From contig OZ024741.1 of NCBI GenBank assembly GCA_964016885.1, positions 366,668,001 through 366,732,000 on the forward strand: a stretch of DNA of 64,000 nucleotides, given 5' to 3'. The translations under genes and the position numbers were made by a program. The DNA comes from Eledone cirrhosa. Taxonomy: Eukaryota. Below the pieces are notes generated by a model, which was not told the origin of the DNA, searched no databases, and worked only from the letters and a program-made list of their open reading frames with translations. How positions within the stretch are numbered: the stretch's first letter is position 1; every line of letters starts with the position of its first letter. This document shows positions 43,410 through 59,008 of this stretch, one piece after another.

Positions 43410-44170
43410 TAAATATATATATATGTACACATACATACATACTCACATATATACATACATAGATAAATGCATGCATGCATGCATACATGCATATCTACAT
43501 ACATACAAACATGCATACACACATATATACATACATACAAACATGCATGCATACATACATACATACATACATACATACATACATACATACATACATACAT
43601 ACATACATACATACATACATACATACATACGAGCATACATGCATGCATAAATGCGTGCGTGCATGCATACATACATACATGCGTGCATACATACATATGC
43701 ATGCATATATACATACATATATACATACATACGAGTATACACGCAAATATACAAACTTACATACATACATACGTACATACATACATACATACATACATAC
43801 ATACATACATACATACATACATACATACATACATACATACATACATACATACATACATACATACGTGCATACATACATGAATACATGCATGAATGCATAC
43901 ATACATACATACGTGCATACCTGCTTACATACACACACATATACATTCATACATACATATGTGCATAGATACGTACATTCATACATACATATGTGCATAG
44001 ATACATACAACGGTGCATACATAAATGCATGCATACATACATACATACACACACACATACGTACATAATATATACATACATACATACATACATACATACA
44101 TACATACATACATACATACATACATACATACATACATACATACATACATACATACATACATACATACATA
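43410..44170. repeat. Compound (CATA)n microsatellite
   Basis: Direct reading; representative of dozens of TA, CA, GA, GATA and CATA tracts in the window. Confidence 0.95.
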
Positions 44171-44186
44171 CGGAACAGTAAAAATA

Positions 44187-44468
44187 TGTAAAACATTCCA
44201 AAAATTCTACATCTAATAACTCTATATACACATGTACAGATACTAAGCATATACACATGCACATAGATAACTCAAAACATACACATCCACACATAAAATA
44301 ACATCCATACCTGCACACACATGCATGCATGCAGACATACATACATATTTACCTAGTTGATGTTGTGTAAATTCCAATGAGAGTCTTGTATCTATGTTAG
44401 AAACCGACTCTCTCTCTATTGGGAAAAAATTGGGAAATTATAAAACCAGAAGAACATACATACATACA

Positions 44469-44502
<34 letters not shown>

Positions 44503-45492
44503 CATACATACATACTTACATACATACATACATACATACATGCATACATGCATACATACGTACATACATACATACATACATACATACATACATACATACA
44601 TACATACATACATACACACAAATGTACATATATACATACATACGTATATACATACGTACATACATACAAACATACATACATACACACAGGCAAACATACA
44701 TGCATACATACAAGCATGCATACATACACATACATACATATATATATATAAAAGGAGGAGGTTATAGTTCATTTGAAGCATTGTGTAATGAGGTATAAAC
44801 GTTTGTATATGTATAATAAAGCCAAAACAATGCAGGTATGGACATAGAATAAAGAATGCAAATGCAAAAGATATTGTTGACACTGGTTTAACCGCTTTAC
44901 TTCCCTCCGAAGAAGAGATATTATCTCGAAAATTAAGGACATTTAAATAAATCTAAGGTAAAAGACTAATTGTCAATAATATCTTTTGCATTTGCATTCT
45001 TTATTCTATGTCCATACCTGCATTGTTTTGGCTTTATTATACATATACAAACGTTTATATATATATATATATATATACACATACATACATACACACATGC
45101 ATACATACTAACATATATATATATACATACATACACACACACACATACATACATACACACACATACATACATACATACATACATACATACATACATACAT
45201 ACATACATACATACATACATACATGTATGTAAAACCTTCCAAAAATGTTGCATCTAATAACTGCATATACACATGTACAGATACAAAGCATATACACATG
45301 CACACATACAACTCAAAACATACACATCCACACATACAATAACATCCATATCTACACATGCATGCATGCAGACATACATACATATCTACCCAGTTGATGT
45401 TGTGTAAATTCCAATGAGAGTCTTGTGTCTATGTTAGAAACCGACTCTCTCTCTATTGGGAAAAAATTTATGAAATTATAAAACCAGAAGAA
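44187..45492 (+). repeat. ~270-bp direct repeat pair (44187-44454, 45227-45492) embedded in (CATA)n
   Basis: Both read atgtaaaac.ttccaaaaa...gttgatgttgtgtaaattccaatgagagtcttg...aaaccagaagaa. Confidence 0.85.
44750..45059. mobile_element. Family H inverted-repeat element (89-bp arms 44794-44882 / 44971-45059)
   Basis: Near-perfect arms. The spacer holds a degenerate HHR-like cct-CcGAAGA-agagatattatctc-GAAA-atta-agg. Confidence 0.72.
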
Positions 45493-45883
45493 TATACATA
45501 CACACATACATACATACATACATACATACATACATACATACATACATACATACATACATACATACATACATACATACATACATACATACATACATACATA
45601 CATACATACATACATACATACGTTATCACTGAATCATTCTTCAAATTTATTAATAATTTTTTTTTTAATTTTAATTTTCAGATTGTGTTTGTTCTAGTTT
45701 TGAACTTGTTAATTTTCAATAAAAAGCAATATTCAAAAATTCTGTTTCTGTTTTTCTGTTTTTTCTTTTGTTCTTCATTGCTAAAACTGACTGCCTCCTT
45801 CTATAAAGAATCTATTGCGAACATACTTGTATGGTAGACATTTTTCAAACAACACAGAACTGTACACATCGCTAACACATTCG

Positions 45884-45920
<37 letters not shown>

Positions 45921-46319
45921 ACTTTCGGGATTATTTTTTTTTTCCATTCCTCTGAATTTTTTTCTTCTACTTCCTCCTCACCTTTTTATACGTTGTTTGA
46001 AATCTTCAATAATAAATATAAATAAAATACATTCGTTGGTTTCACGCCAATGAAATAAATGTTGTGTTGTCTTGTTTCATTTTAATTTGTATTCGTTGCC
46101 GTGTAAAAGATATATTATAGTTCCGGTCGCCATCGAAACATTCAATGTTCTCGAGACTGCCATCGTTTTCCTCCGCCATGAAGAAGGAGCCGTATAGTTA
46201 GGTAGAATGGCTGATAGCGCGAGTATCACTGGCTGTTCTCTTTTTTCATCTTGAACGCGGGGCAAAGCAGTCAAGAATGTAGAGGTTTATCTCTCGCCAC
46301 CTCCAATTTTTAAATATTA

Positions 46320-46675
46320 TTTCATTTCTTCTTCTTTTTTTTTCTTTTTCTTCTTTTTCTCCTTTTTCTTCTTCTTCTTCTTCTTCTTCTTCTTCTTCTT
46401 CTTCTTCTCCTTCTTCCTTCTTCTTCTTATTATTATTATTATTCGTCTTCTTCTTCCACTTAATCCTGGGAGTGTTGTGGGGGCAAAGTCCTCAGACACT
46501 CCTTCCAACAGGTCCTGTCCGAATCAACTGTCTCCAACTGATCCGGCTGGATTCCCAAGCAAGACCAGCCAAGCTCATGGATGTTATCCAACCATCTTGC
46601 TCGAGTTCTACCCCTGGGTCTCCTACCGGTTGGTTTTTGCCAGTAAAATCTGTCCAGCGATTCTTTCCTAAGATA
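46320..46675 (-). mobile_element. RTE-clade LINE 3' fragment with (GAA)n/(TAA)n tail
   Basis: Peptide KPTGRRPRGRTRARWLDNI...DRTCWK, stop codon, then a simple-repeat tail. Confidence 0.82.
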
Positions 46676-47342
46676 TTCTAACCACAAGCCCATAGTATCG
46701 AAGCTATCAATTTTGAAAATGTTATCCTTAAGAGATTGATTAAGAAAAACATTGTGAGAGGCACAAATCAAACGGTTTGTATATAAATGTTGGTGTGTTT
46801 GATGGAGTTGTCGTTCCTGATGAATGAACATATTTTAACTTTTGCAGGAATTATTCTACACCATGTGGTATCTCATAGACCTGTAACCCCTGATGGAATC
46901 GTAGGAGCCCTGCACCATTGTGACATTTTAAACCTGGTGGAGCTAATTCCTCTCCTGACCTCATCATGACCAATTTCTTCTGCAGAATGAGAGAGTTGAA
47001 GAAAAGAAATAAGGAAGAGAGATAGAGGAAGAATCGACCCAGTACTGGACTAGTACATTACTTACCGACTACGAAATGATGAAAGACAAAATTGACCATG
47101 GCGGATTTGCAGAAACCTCGAACAATTGTTGTAAAACAGTCTATCCAACGTTCTAACGACTCTGTTATTTTGCCTTCATTCTACACACACACACTTCGAC
47201 CTGCTAAAAGTAAGACCGTAGATTTTCTCTGACAACATCCTATAAAAGGACACTTATGTAGGCTACACTGTATTTGTACACAAAATTGAAAATATCTCGA
47301 GAATATATCACTGCAATATCTCGAGAATCTCGTACCTCAATA

Positions 47343-47438
<96 letters not shown>

Positions 47439-47554
47439 TATATAGTGAAAAATGGAACGGGAACAAAACAGAGAGGCAATACAAACAAAGGTTTATTAGT
47501 TTCACGCTCTTGGGAGTGGGGGTGGGGATATATATACGTATATATATATATTAG

Positions 47555-47641
<87 letters not shown>

Positions 47642-47829
47642 TAGTGTTGGTGCTCTGAAATAGCGATGTATACATGAATGTATGTATAGTATATTTGGCA
47701 ACATACTGTATGTTTAAATAAAAACATTTTGAAGACCATACGCTATGAGTAAAGTAGTGACTATGTCATTCTCGGCAAAGAATAGCACCAATTCTAATAC
47801 CTAATTTTTGCTGGACCACCAACCGGTGA

Positions 47830-48143
47830 CTGCGAAACGAGGAAATCCTGTGGAGAGCCGAGTTGTATACGCTGCGGAGGATGGTCACAGGGCGCCGAAG
47901 CCGCCTGGCTGGCCATATTTTGCGCCTGCCCAACGAACGACACTCGAAAACAGCGATAAACTGGACTCCACCTCGCGGAAAACGGAAGCGGGGTTGTCCT
48001 ATGATGACCTGGCGACGAACATTCCAAAGAGACCAGATGGCAGCCAACATCACTTGGCACGGACGCGAAATAGCCGTCGTTGATCGTTGGCGACTACTTA
48101 CTGCTCGATGCGCCGAACGGCACGCAATAACCTAAGACTAAGA
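47830..48143 (+). mobile_element. RTE-clade LINE 3' fragment
   Basis: RRSRLAGHILRLPNERHSKTAINWTPPRGKRKRGCPMMTWRRTF...DRWR, ending in ctaagactaaga. Confidence 0.85.
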
Positions 48144-48878
48144 GGAGAGGGAAGGAGAGAAAAGTATGTGTATGCATATATGTGTATAAATATGTAAGTA
48201 TGTATGTATACGTACATACATATATGTATACAGACGTACGAAAACATTTATCGTTTTCGGTGTGCCCGGCCGACTAACTCACTCGATATGCAAATTAGGC
48301 TGCTCAGCCGTTAATATGCATAAGGAAAGTATATACTTTCAGACGTTCAATCATCTGGCAGGAAGGTATACGATGCTGACGATAGCTAATAAGCTTGAAA
48401 CTAGTACATCGTTCCTGTGTCAGTGTTGAACAAAAAGATGACGATGCTTGCCCGAACACTGTACGGCGTAATTCAGTATGTTTGTTTACAAACAAACTGA
48501 ACATTATAATAAATGTTCGGTAAACCCATACGTACATATATATATATGTGTGCATGTATGTATATATATACATACTACTGTACGTCTGTATACATATATG
48601 AATCTACGTATACATACGTACTTACATTTAAATATCAGCCGTACTAAGAGTGAGAAATTAAATTTCGTTTCATTCTTTTCCACGTATAAATATGTATTAA
48701 CTTGTATGTTATATATATCTGTATATATACTGTAAAAAGGTAATGAACACTATGTAAATGTGTATATAAATTACGTATATGTTTACAAAACGAGGGCTCA
48801 TTCTTCCACAATACGAAATCACACCCAAGTATGATACATATATATATATATATTAATATATATCGTATAAGCAGTTAA

Positions 48879-49088
48879 AACATTGGCATTGCGCAGATAC
48901 TTAAGTTTTGTTGGATTTAACAACTCATTCTGTTTGACATATTGTGATGGCGTTAACTAAATCAGTTAACATTTTAACATCAACGAAACTTAAATATCTG
49001 CGCAATGCCAATGTTGATTATACATAACTCGTCCCATGGTCTGAGTGCTCTAAACCCTTGGATATTTATACCAAGTTTGTACTACAGT
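48879..49088 (+). mobile_element. Family I fold-back element (35-bp arms + tail)
   Basis: aacattggcattgcgcagata...tatctgcgcaatgccaatgtt, followed by a tail with actc...gagt, between (TA)n tracts. Confidence 0.62.
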
Positions 49089-49089
49089 G

Positions 49090-49189
<100 letters not shown>

Positions 49190-49250
49190 AAGAAAGAGAG
49201 AAAGAGAGAGAGAGACAGACATACAGACAGAGAGAGAGAAAGAGAGAGAC

Positions 49251-49405
49251 ATGGCTTCTACAGGACGAGAACAGCTTTCCAGGTGATTTCCTCCCGAATG
49301 AAACAGTTCAAGTCCTGTAAAAGCCATTCTATATTAAAAATGTATACTCTGCTATGTATTGAGTACGTTACTTACTGTGGTTACCTCCGAATGAACCCAA
49401 GATAC
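49251..49405 (+). mobile_element. Family E element (degenerate, short inverted arm)
   Basis: gaatgaaacagttcaagtcctgta plus a tail homologous to the reverse complement of 14769-14834. Confidence 0.78.
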
Positions 49406-49694
49406 CCCCTCCCCCACCGCCTCCTCACACACACACACAAACACACACATGTATATATATATATATATATTATTTGGTTCCTTTACCGGTTTCGCAGTTC
49501 TTCTGCTTTTCAAAAGTAGAGTTGAGATGGAGGGTCTGTGGTTTTTCTCACATCTGTGAGATATATATATATTTTCATTTCTCACTCTTAGTACGGCTGA
49601 TACCTAAATATAAGTATGTATACGTACATACATATATGTGTACAGACGCACAGTAGTATGTATATATATACATATATGTATGTACGTATACATA

Positions 49695-49760
<66 letters not shown>

Positions 49761-49763
<3 letters not shown>

Positions 49764-49894
49764 TGATGACCATGTGATAAACAGGCGAAACTCCAGATTA
49801 ACATGACTCACAGTTTAGCCTTAATAAAATGAATATTAAAACTCTACTTCGGTATTGAGTAGTCTTTACTCTCAGTCGTCAACCACATACGGTT
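49761..49894 (+). mobile_element. Family F single-arm copy starting at the HHR core
   Basis: (TA)n-ttCTGATGAccatgtgataaacaggcGAAACtccagatta... followed by the same tail. Confidence 0.8.
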
Positions 49895-50206
49895 ATATAT
49901 ACATATATATATATATATATTCTGATGAAAGACTAGCTTCCGAAACATTAAGATCCTCTTCCTGCTATTTTAAGCGTTAAACTAATATATTCCTTCCGTA
50001 TACTGTACCTATTGTGTTGTTATTTCTGTTTACTTTTTACATATATACATATATATATATATATATGTAAATATGTTTTGAAACAGTGAGCAGGTTTGAA
50101 ATTAGAAAATAGAATAGCTTTCACCGTATTTTTTTTACTAAAGAAATTTTAGTCTGATAATGGGGTTTAGAACCCTCAGATAAATGGAAAAAGATGAGTA
50201 TTGACG

Positions 50207-50249
<43 letters not shown>

Positions 50250-50954
50250 TATGTCTTTATTTCATAGGCCTACTGTTTCTGTGGATGTTATTTAAAACAA
50301 CAACCACAAAATAATAATAATGAAGACGGCAAGAAAATTAGTTCTTCTTGAAACAATTTCTAGAAAGAACAAATTAATTAAATTTATTTGCCGCGTTAGA
50401 TTTCTGTCAGTCGAAGACAAAAGAAATAGATATTTATTGGTGATGTGCCAGAAACGTAAGCCTGGACTATATTTCCTTATTACACCAGCTCCCGGCTTTG
50501 TGCCAAAATAAAATCAGTTATTACACCTATGTTCCTTCAATTCACTTTTCTATTATAGTGTGAAAGCGCCTTGCCTAATGAGTAAAGTGTTCGACTCGGT
50601 ATTATATGGTCGTGGGTTCGATTCCCGACCGGGTGAAGCGCAGTGTTTTTAAACATGACGTTTCATAGTACTTCTTATGAACACACACTTAGCGAAGGTA
50701 CCCTACATTCCACCAAATCATACACGATTGAGAGTGACGGTAGTTGTACGATTTAGAGATTTCCCATTCGGATTTTCTGGAAGCTTTACACGCCTACATA
50801 TTAGATAAGTGTGATGTTGCAACTCATTTTTACAGCTGAGTAAACTGGAGCAGCGTGTAAAATAAAGGGTCTTGCTCAAGGACACAACGCATCATCCAGT
50901 CAGAGAATCGAACTCACAACCTGCTCTAACCAGTAAGCCATGCGCCTTCACACA

Positions 50955-51071
<117 letters not shown>

Positions 51072-51080
51072 ATATATATA

Positions 51081-51546
51081 TTTCGTTTCTGAATTTGTTT
51101 AGCAAGATTCTTTATCTGAAAACGTGTGTTGAAACCGATATTGTTATACTTTGGGAGGGTCATGTTGCCAATAAGAAACACACGCACCAGTTGCTTTCAC
51201 TTCAATTTATTATAAATTAAATTTATAAATTTAGGAATTTATAAATTTCCGGTTGGTTGGTTGGTTCCACAACTAGACGATTCTTCATATATTGTCAAAG
51301 TTCTTTCGTCACACATTCTGTGACCTCTTCAGTGACTGTGGATTCTTTTCTTTGTTTTTGTGAAGAGGTCACAGAATGTGTGACGAAAGAACTTTGACAA
51401 TATATGAAGAATCGTCTGGTTGTGGAACCAACCAACCAACCGGAAATTTATAAATTCCTAAATTTATAAATTTAATTTATAATAAATTGAAGTGAAAGCA
51501 ACTGGTGCGTGTGTTTCTTATTGGCAACATGACCCTCCCAAAGTAT

Positions 51547-51554
<8 letters not shown>
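51081..51554. mobile_element. Family D fold-back element (194-bp arms 51138-51331 / 51361-51554, tail 51081-51137)
   Basis: Near-perfect inverted repeat homologous to 28049-28482, between (TA)n tracts. Confidence 0.88.
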
Positions 51555-51633
<79 letters not shown>

Positions 51634-51680
51634 TATATATATATATATATATAAAAATATATATATATATATATATAGTA

Positions 51681-52434
51681 TGTAGATAAATCTACCAAGA
51701 GTTTACGGTAGTGTCCAGTCCGTATGAAGAACTCAATGTATTCCGGATATCATGGAAAGAAGAGATGTAATGAAAAACCACTTTCGGTGAAAGATAAACG
51801 GTATACAGAGTCAAGATAAAATATTAAACAAATAATGAATAAACAATTCCTTATATTAAACAAAAAAAGTTCATTATTTAACGATCGTTTCTAGGATATA
51901 TATGTGTGATAGAATTGGTATGCATATTCAACAGATCTATGTACAAAATTATACAAAATTATACAAATTATCAAGATTAAATATACATACCAAACACATA
52001 TATACGCCGTCTTCAGAAATAATGAAGTATATTTATTGTGTATATATGAGTGTGTGTATGTATGTATATGTGTATATATATGCATGTATATATGTATGTG
52101 TATGCGAATGTGTGTACGTATATGTGTATGTATGTGTATATATGTGTATATATGTATGTATATGTGTATATATAGGAATATATATATGTATATATATATG
52201 TATATATATATATATATATGCGTGTGTATGTATGTGTGTGTATGTGTGTTGTGTATATATATGTATGTCTCTCTATTTATATGTCTATCTCTGTATCTAT
52301 GTGATATATGTGTGTGTATGTGCATGTATGCACATATATGTGTTTATGTGTATATATGTGTATGTATGTATATATGCGTGTGTGTATGCACACATATTTA
52401 TATGTGAGTGTGTATATGTGTCTGTGTATATGTA

Positions 52435-52486
<52 letters not shown>

Positions 52487-52586
52487 GGTGTCTATGTGTG
52501 AATATATGTCTATATTCATATGTGTGTATATGTGTATGTATATGTTTGTATGTATATATATATATATGTATATATATATATGTATG

Positions 52587-52621
<35 letters not shown>

Positions 52622-52768
52622 ATATATATATATATATGTATATTATTTTTTATTATTATAATATAACTTATGTGTATGTGTGTATAAGTGAAGTTGTGTA
52701 TATGTATATAATATATGTATATATAAATGTAAAAAAATATATATATATATGTGCATGTCTGTTTTTTA

Positions 52769-52809
<41 letters not shown>

Positions 52810-52917
52810 GTGTGTATATATATGTATATGTGGGTGTTTGTATGTGTATTTATGGTGGTATGAGTGTGTGATATCTATGTATATATATATATATATATAT
52901 GTATGAGTGTATGGTTG

Positions 52918-52959
<42 letters not shown>

Positions 52960-53394
52960 TATATGTATATGTGTATGTGTGTATATATATATCTCTATTA
53001 ATGCGTGTATATATATATGTGTATGTGTGTATATATATATCTCTATTAATGCGTGTGTGTATGTATATACATATGCCTTTTTATTATTATTTTTATTTGT
53101 ATGTCTGAGTTAGGTGTGGTTGTAGTGATTTTTTTTATGTATATACGCATATATGGATGCGTATGTATTTGTATATATGAGTATAAGTAAGTGCATATGT
53201 ATGTATGATTAAATTTCTAATTCTATGTATGAATATACATGTATATATATGTGTGTATGTAAGTTGTGTGTGTATGTATGTATATGTCTATGTGTGTATG
53301 CATATATATATATGTATATCGATGTACGTATATGTATGTACATGTATGTCTATGTATGTGTGTATGTATGTGTATGTATATTTAGGTGTATGTG

Positions 53395-53447
<53 letters not shown>

Positions 53448-53689
53448 ATATATATATGTATATATCTTTATTATTTATTTTTTTTATATATATGTGTATG
53501 TGTGTATGTGTTGCGTGTGTGTGTGTGTGTGTGTATATATATCTTTATATATGTGTATGTGTATGTTCGTGTAGATGTATGTGTGTGTATGACTTTATAT
53601 GTATGTGTGTATGTATGTATGCGTAAATATTTCTATATGTGTGTACATGTATGTATGTGTATATATCTGTATGTGTATGTATGTGTATT

Positions 53690-53728
<39 letters not shown>

Positions 53729-53770
53729 GTATGTTATATATATATATATATGTATATGTATATGTGTGTG

Positions 53771-53803
<33 letters not shown>

Positions 53804-54367
53804 ATATATGTTTTTCTATTTGTATATGTATGTGTGTATAGGTATATACCTTTCTCTTTGTATTTCTATGTTGTGTGATAGTGTAGTGGTGTTTGTATGT
53901 ATATACCGATATATAGATGCGTAAGTATTTGTCTGTATGTATATATGTAAGTCTGTATATATTTATGTGTATATATAGCTATGTATGTGTATATCTGTAT
54001 GTATATTAGTATGTAAGTGTTGTATATGTGCATGTATGTGTGTAGTTATATATATCTGTGTCTGTATAGTATGTGTGATTATATGTATATGTGTGTGTAT
54101 ATGTACGTGTATATGCATATATATGTATATATATGTGTATATATATATATATATATGGTTGTATATATATGTGTATGTGTATTTGTATGTATATGTGTAT
54201 ATGTATGTATGTGTGTATATGTATAGGTTTGTATATGTGTGTGTATGTATGTTCTTAGTGTGGATGTGTGTATATGTATGTATGTGTTTATATATGTGTG
54301 TATATTTATGTATGGATGTGTGAGTGTCTATGTGTATATATATGTATGTTTTTTATATATATATGTA

Positions 54368-54412
<45 letters not shown>

Positions 54413-55307
54413 ATATATGTGTATGTGTGTATATTTATTTTCTTGATATATTTCTTTTTTTCTTTTTTCTTTTTTCTTTTTTCTGTTTTTCTTTCTATTC
54501 TTTCCTCCTTAATGTTTTATTTATTATATTTTATTTTTTTATTTGTTTTATTTTTCTTAGTTTATAGATACATTTATATTAAGCAGTCTGCTCAGACCGT
54601 TAAAAACTGACCCCTCCCCCCCATCCCACCTAATTTCTGTATCTTGATCTGAAAATGTGTGTGCCAGTGTTTTATGTGAGTGAATTAATATCCATGTGCT
54701 TATGATTTTATATCCACATATATAAATGTGAGTGGGGGTGTGTGTGTGTTTGTATGTTCGTGGTTATGTGTATATTTATGCATATACGCGCGTGTATGTG
54801 TGATTGTACGGATGTGAGTGAGTATGAAAAAATATATTTATATGCTTAATTTCATAAGTGTCAATACGCATCTTATTTGTACATTATAAACTCACAGAGA
54901 CATTAACCTTGAAATTTTGTATTTGCATCCATCCTTTTAGTATGCGTATACAAATTATACATACATTTTTGTTAAAATATGTGTAAGGGTTTTACATGTA
55001 TATACACACACCGAACTGCATTTAACCCTTTGTGTTTTCATTGGTCAATTTTTGTTCCCAAACGGACCTGAAATTTTGAATTGTTGTTATTATCAATAAA
55101 TATACTTCATTATTTCTGAAGACGGCGTATATATGTGTTTGGTATGTATATTTAATCTTGATAATTTGTATAATTTTGTATAATTTTGTACATAGATCTG
55201 TTGAATATGCATACCAATTCTATCACACATATATATCCTAGAAACGATCGTTAAATAATGAACTTTTTTTGTTTAATATAAGGAATTGTTTATTCATTAT
55301 TTGTTTA

Positions 55308-55316
<9 letters not shown>
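51681..55316 (+). mobile_element. Family G: 5'-truncated PLE 3'-UTR copy with an inverted terminus plus tail
   Basis: 223-bp inverted arms at 51816-52038 and 55094-55316. Tail 51681-51815 matches 30820-30955. The body is homologous to 56064-58425. Flanked by (TA)n. Confidence 0.85.
55106..55262 (+). ncRNA. Type I hammerhead ribozyme with very long stem II (family G)
   Basis: Stem I ttcattattt/aaataatgaa; CTGAAGA at 55116; ~118-nt self-complementary insert; GAAA at 55241; palindromic stem III ACGATCGT; GUU cleavage triplet. Confidence 0.75.
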
Positions 55317-55406
<90 letters not shown>

Positions 55407-55413
55407 CTATATT

Positions 55414-55527
55414 TACAGGGTGTCCCCAAAAAATATATATATACTTCAACGCATTCTGATATCTAATAAATATTGCCTGTTCAGTTAATCAAAGTGTGTA
55501 TACCTTTGTGGGGGTTCGCCCTGTGTA
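55414..55527. mobile_element. Tc1/mariner-type MITE
   Basis: TAcagggtgtccccaaaaaatatata ... tgtatacctttgtgggggttcgccctgt TIRs. Confidence 0.55.
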
Positions 55528-55814
55528 TATATCGTATATATGTCTCACTTCAGCCTATTCTTCCATTGCCAAAATAAAATATGCTCACGCATGCATGTCT
55601 GTGTTCACAGGTGTGTTTGACACATTCATATCATATTTTGTTCTTGCTTAGAGCAGAATGGAATCTTGTGTGTTTTGTTTAGATATTTAGTTATTTAACA
55701 ATGCAATCATATCTCTTTATGTATACTTGTGTGTGTGGAAAATGGGAACATAGATACATACACATATATGTGTGTGTGTGTGAGTGGGGGGGGGCGTGTA
55801 TGTTTGTGTGTGTG

Positions 55815-55846
<32 letters not shown>

Positions 55847-55889
55847 CGTTTTCAGATAATAAATCTTGCAAAACAAATTAAAAAATGAA

Positions 55890-56041
<152 letters not shown>

Positions 56042-57086
56042 GCATGTATATATATATATTTATATAAAATATTAAATAAATAATGAATAAACAATTCCTT
56101 ATATTAAACAAAAAAAGTTCATTATTTAACGATCGTTTCTAGGGTATATATGTGTTATAATTGGTATGCATATTCAACAGATCTATGTACAAAATTATAC
56201 AAAATTATACAAATTATCAAGATTAAATATACATACCTAACACATATATACGCCGTCTTCAGAAATAATGAAGTATATTTATTGATAATAACAACAATTC
56301 AAAATATCAGTTCAAAATTGACCAATGAAAACACAAAGGGTTAAAAGCAGTTCGGTGTGTGTATATACATGTAAAATCCTTACACATATTTTACAAAAAT
56401 GTATGTATAACTTGTATACGCATACTAAAAAGATGGATGCAAACACAAAATTTCAAGGTTAATATCTCTGTAAGCTTAAAATGCGCTGATAAGATGCGCA
56501 TTGATACTTATGGAGTCAAGCATATAAATATATTTTTTTTCATACTCACACATATCAGTATAATCACACATACATGCGCGTATATGCATAAATATACACA
56601 TAACCACGAACATACAAACACACACACACCCCCACTCGCATTTATATATGTGGATATAAAATCATAAACACATGGATATTAAATCACTCACATAAAACAC
56701 TGGCACACACATTTCAAGATCAAGATACAGAAATTAGGTGGGAGGGGGGGGAGGGGTCAGTATTCAATTGTCTGAGCAGACTGCCTAATATAAATGTATC
56801 TATAAATTAAGAAAAATAAAAAAATAAAACAATAAAATATAATAAATATAATATAATATACATACACATACAGATATATATACATACATACATGTACGCG
56901 CACATAGAAATATTTACGCATACACACATACACACATACATATACAGTCATACACACACATACACTTACACGAACATACACATACACATATATAAAGATA
57001 TATATATACACACACACACGCAACACATACACACATACACATATATATAAAAAATAAATAATAAAGATATATATCCATATACATAT

Positions 57087-57131
<45 letters not shown>

Positions 57132-57220
57132 TATACATATACATACACATACATCTAAATGTACATACACATACATACACACATACATGTACATACATGT
57201 ACATACATATACGCACATCG

Positions 57221-57271
<51 letters not shown>

Positions 57272-57586
57272 TAGACATATAGATACATACACACACAGCT
57301 TACATACACACATATATATATATAGATGTACATTCATACATAGAATTAGATATATAATCATACATACATATGCACCTACTTATACTCATATATATAAATA
57401 CATACGCTTCCATATATGTGTATATACATAAAAAACACTACAACCTCACCTAACTCAGACATACAAATAAAAATAATAATAAAAAAAATAATAAAAAGGC
57501 ATATGTATATACATACACACACGCATTAACAGAGATATATATATATACACACATATATACACATATATATATATACACATATATAT

Positions 57587-57631
<45 letters not shown>

Positions 57632-57718
57632 TACACTCATACATATATATATATATATATATATAAACATATATATCCACACACTCATACCACCATAAAT
57701 ACACATACAAACACCCAC

Positions 57719-57791
<73 letters not shown>

Positions 57792-57943
57792 TAAAAAACA
57801 GACATGCACATATATATATATATATATATTTTTTTACACTTATATATACACATATTATATACACATACACAAACTCAACTTATACACATATACACATAAG
57901 TTATATTATAATAATAAAGAATAATATACATATATATATATAC

Positions 57944-57975
<32 letters not shown>

Positions 57976-58086
57976 ATACATACATACACATACATACATA
58001 CACATAAACATATACATACATAAATACACACATACGAATAAAGACATATATTCACACATAGACACCTATATATATATATATATATC

Positions 58087-58151
<65 letters not shown>

Positions 58152-58425
58152 ATATACACACTCACATATATATATGCGTATGTGTGTGTGCGCACATACA
58201 CATATATACACACACACATACAAACACACACAAACACATACATATGCATACGTGCACACACACACACATATATCACATAGATACGAAGATAAACATATAA
58301 ATAGAGAGACATACATATATATACAACACACATACACATACATACATACATACGCATATACATATACATACATATATATACATATATATATTCCTATATA
58401 TACAAGCATACACATACATACACAT

Positions 58426-58837
58426 ATGGTGGCTGCCAACTCGTTTTCGAGTACGGCCACTACTTTATATCCATGTAGGAGAACCCCTACCGATGCGCTG
58501 AACGAATGTGACTTTAGTCCAGCCAGCGACTTGAAAACTCTGGTACAAAGACTACACTTGTGACCATTATTGACACATAGTGCAGGGCCCATGGTACCAT
58601 GTGATGACAAGTGCAGAGAGATCTCCAGATATAAAGCAATGCCTGTGCTGTGAAGCTTTTATAGTGAGCAAAGGCACTGCACTAAGCCAGTCCCACTCTC
58701 TTAACCAAGATGATATTTACCAAAAAGAAGAACAGGTCAACATCATTGGATACCATCAGGGTTGCAGGTGTTATATCAGAGTTTTCCTTCTCCTAGAATT
58801 CTGCCTTGACAAAGGCTAAGGGGTCATCTCTCCCGGT
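58426..58837 (-). mobile_element. Second, 5'-truncated copy of the same RTE-derived element
   Basis: Direct repeat of 59708-60121 with few differences. Encodes HKCSLCTRVFKSLAGLKSH. Confidence 0.75.
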
Positions 58838-58976
58838 ATATACATGTATACATACATACATGCACATATACACACATATATACATACATGCACACATATA
58901 TACATACATACATACATACACATATACATACATACATACACATATACGTACATACATACACATATACATACATATA

Positions 58977-59008
<32 letters not shown>

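Noticed and set aside
46700-47035. Candidate exon(s) next to splice-acceptor-like tracts on either strand
   Set aside because: All frames are short and unrecognisable; cannot be supported without transcript data.
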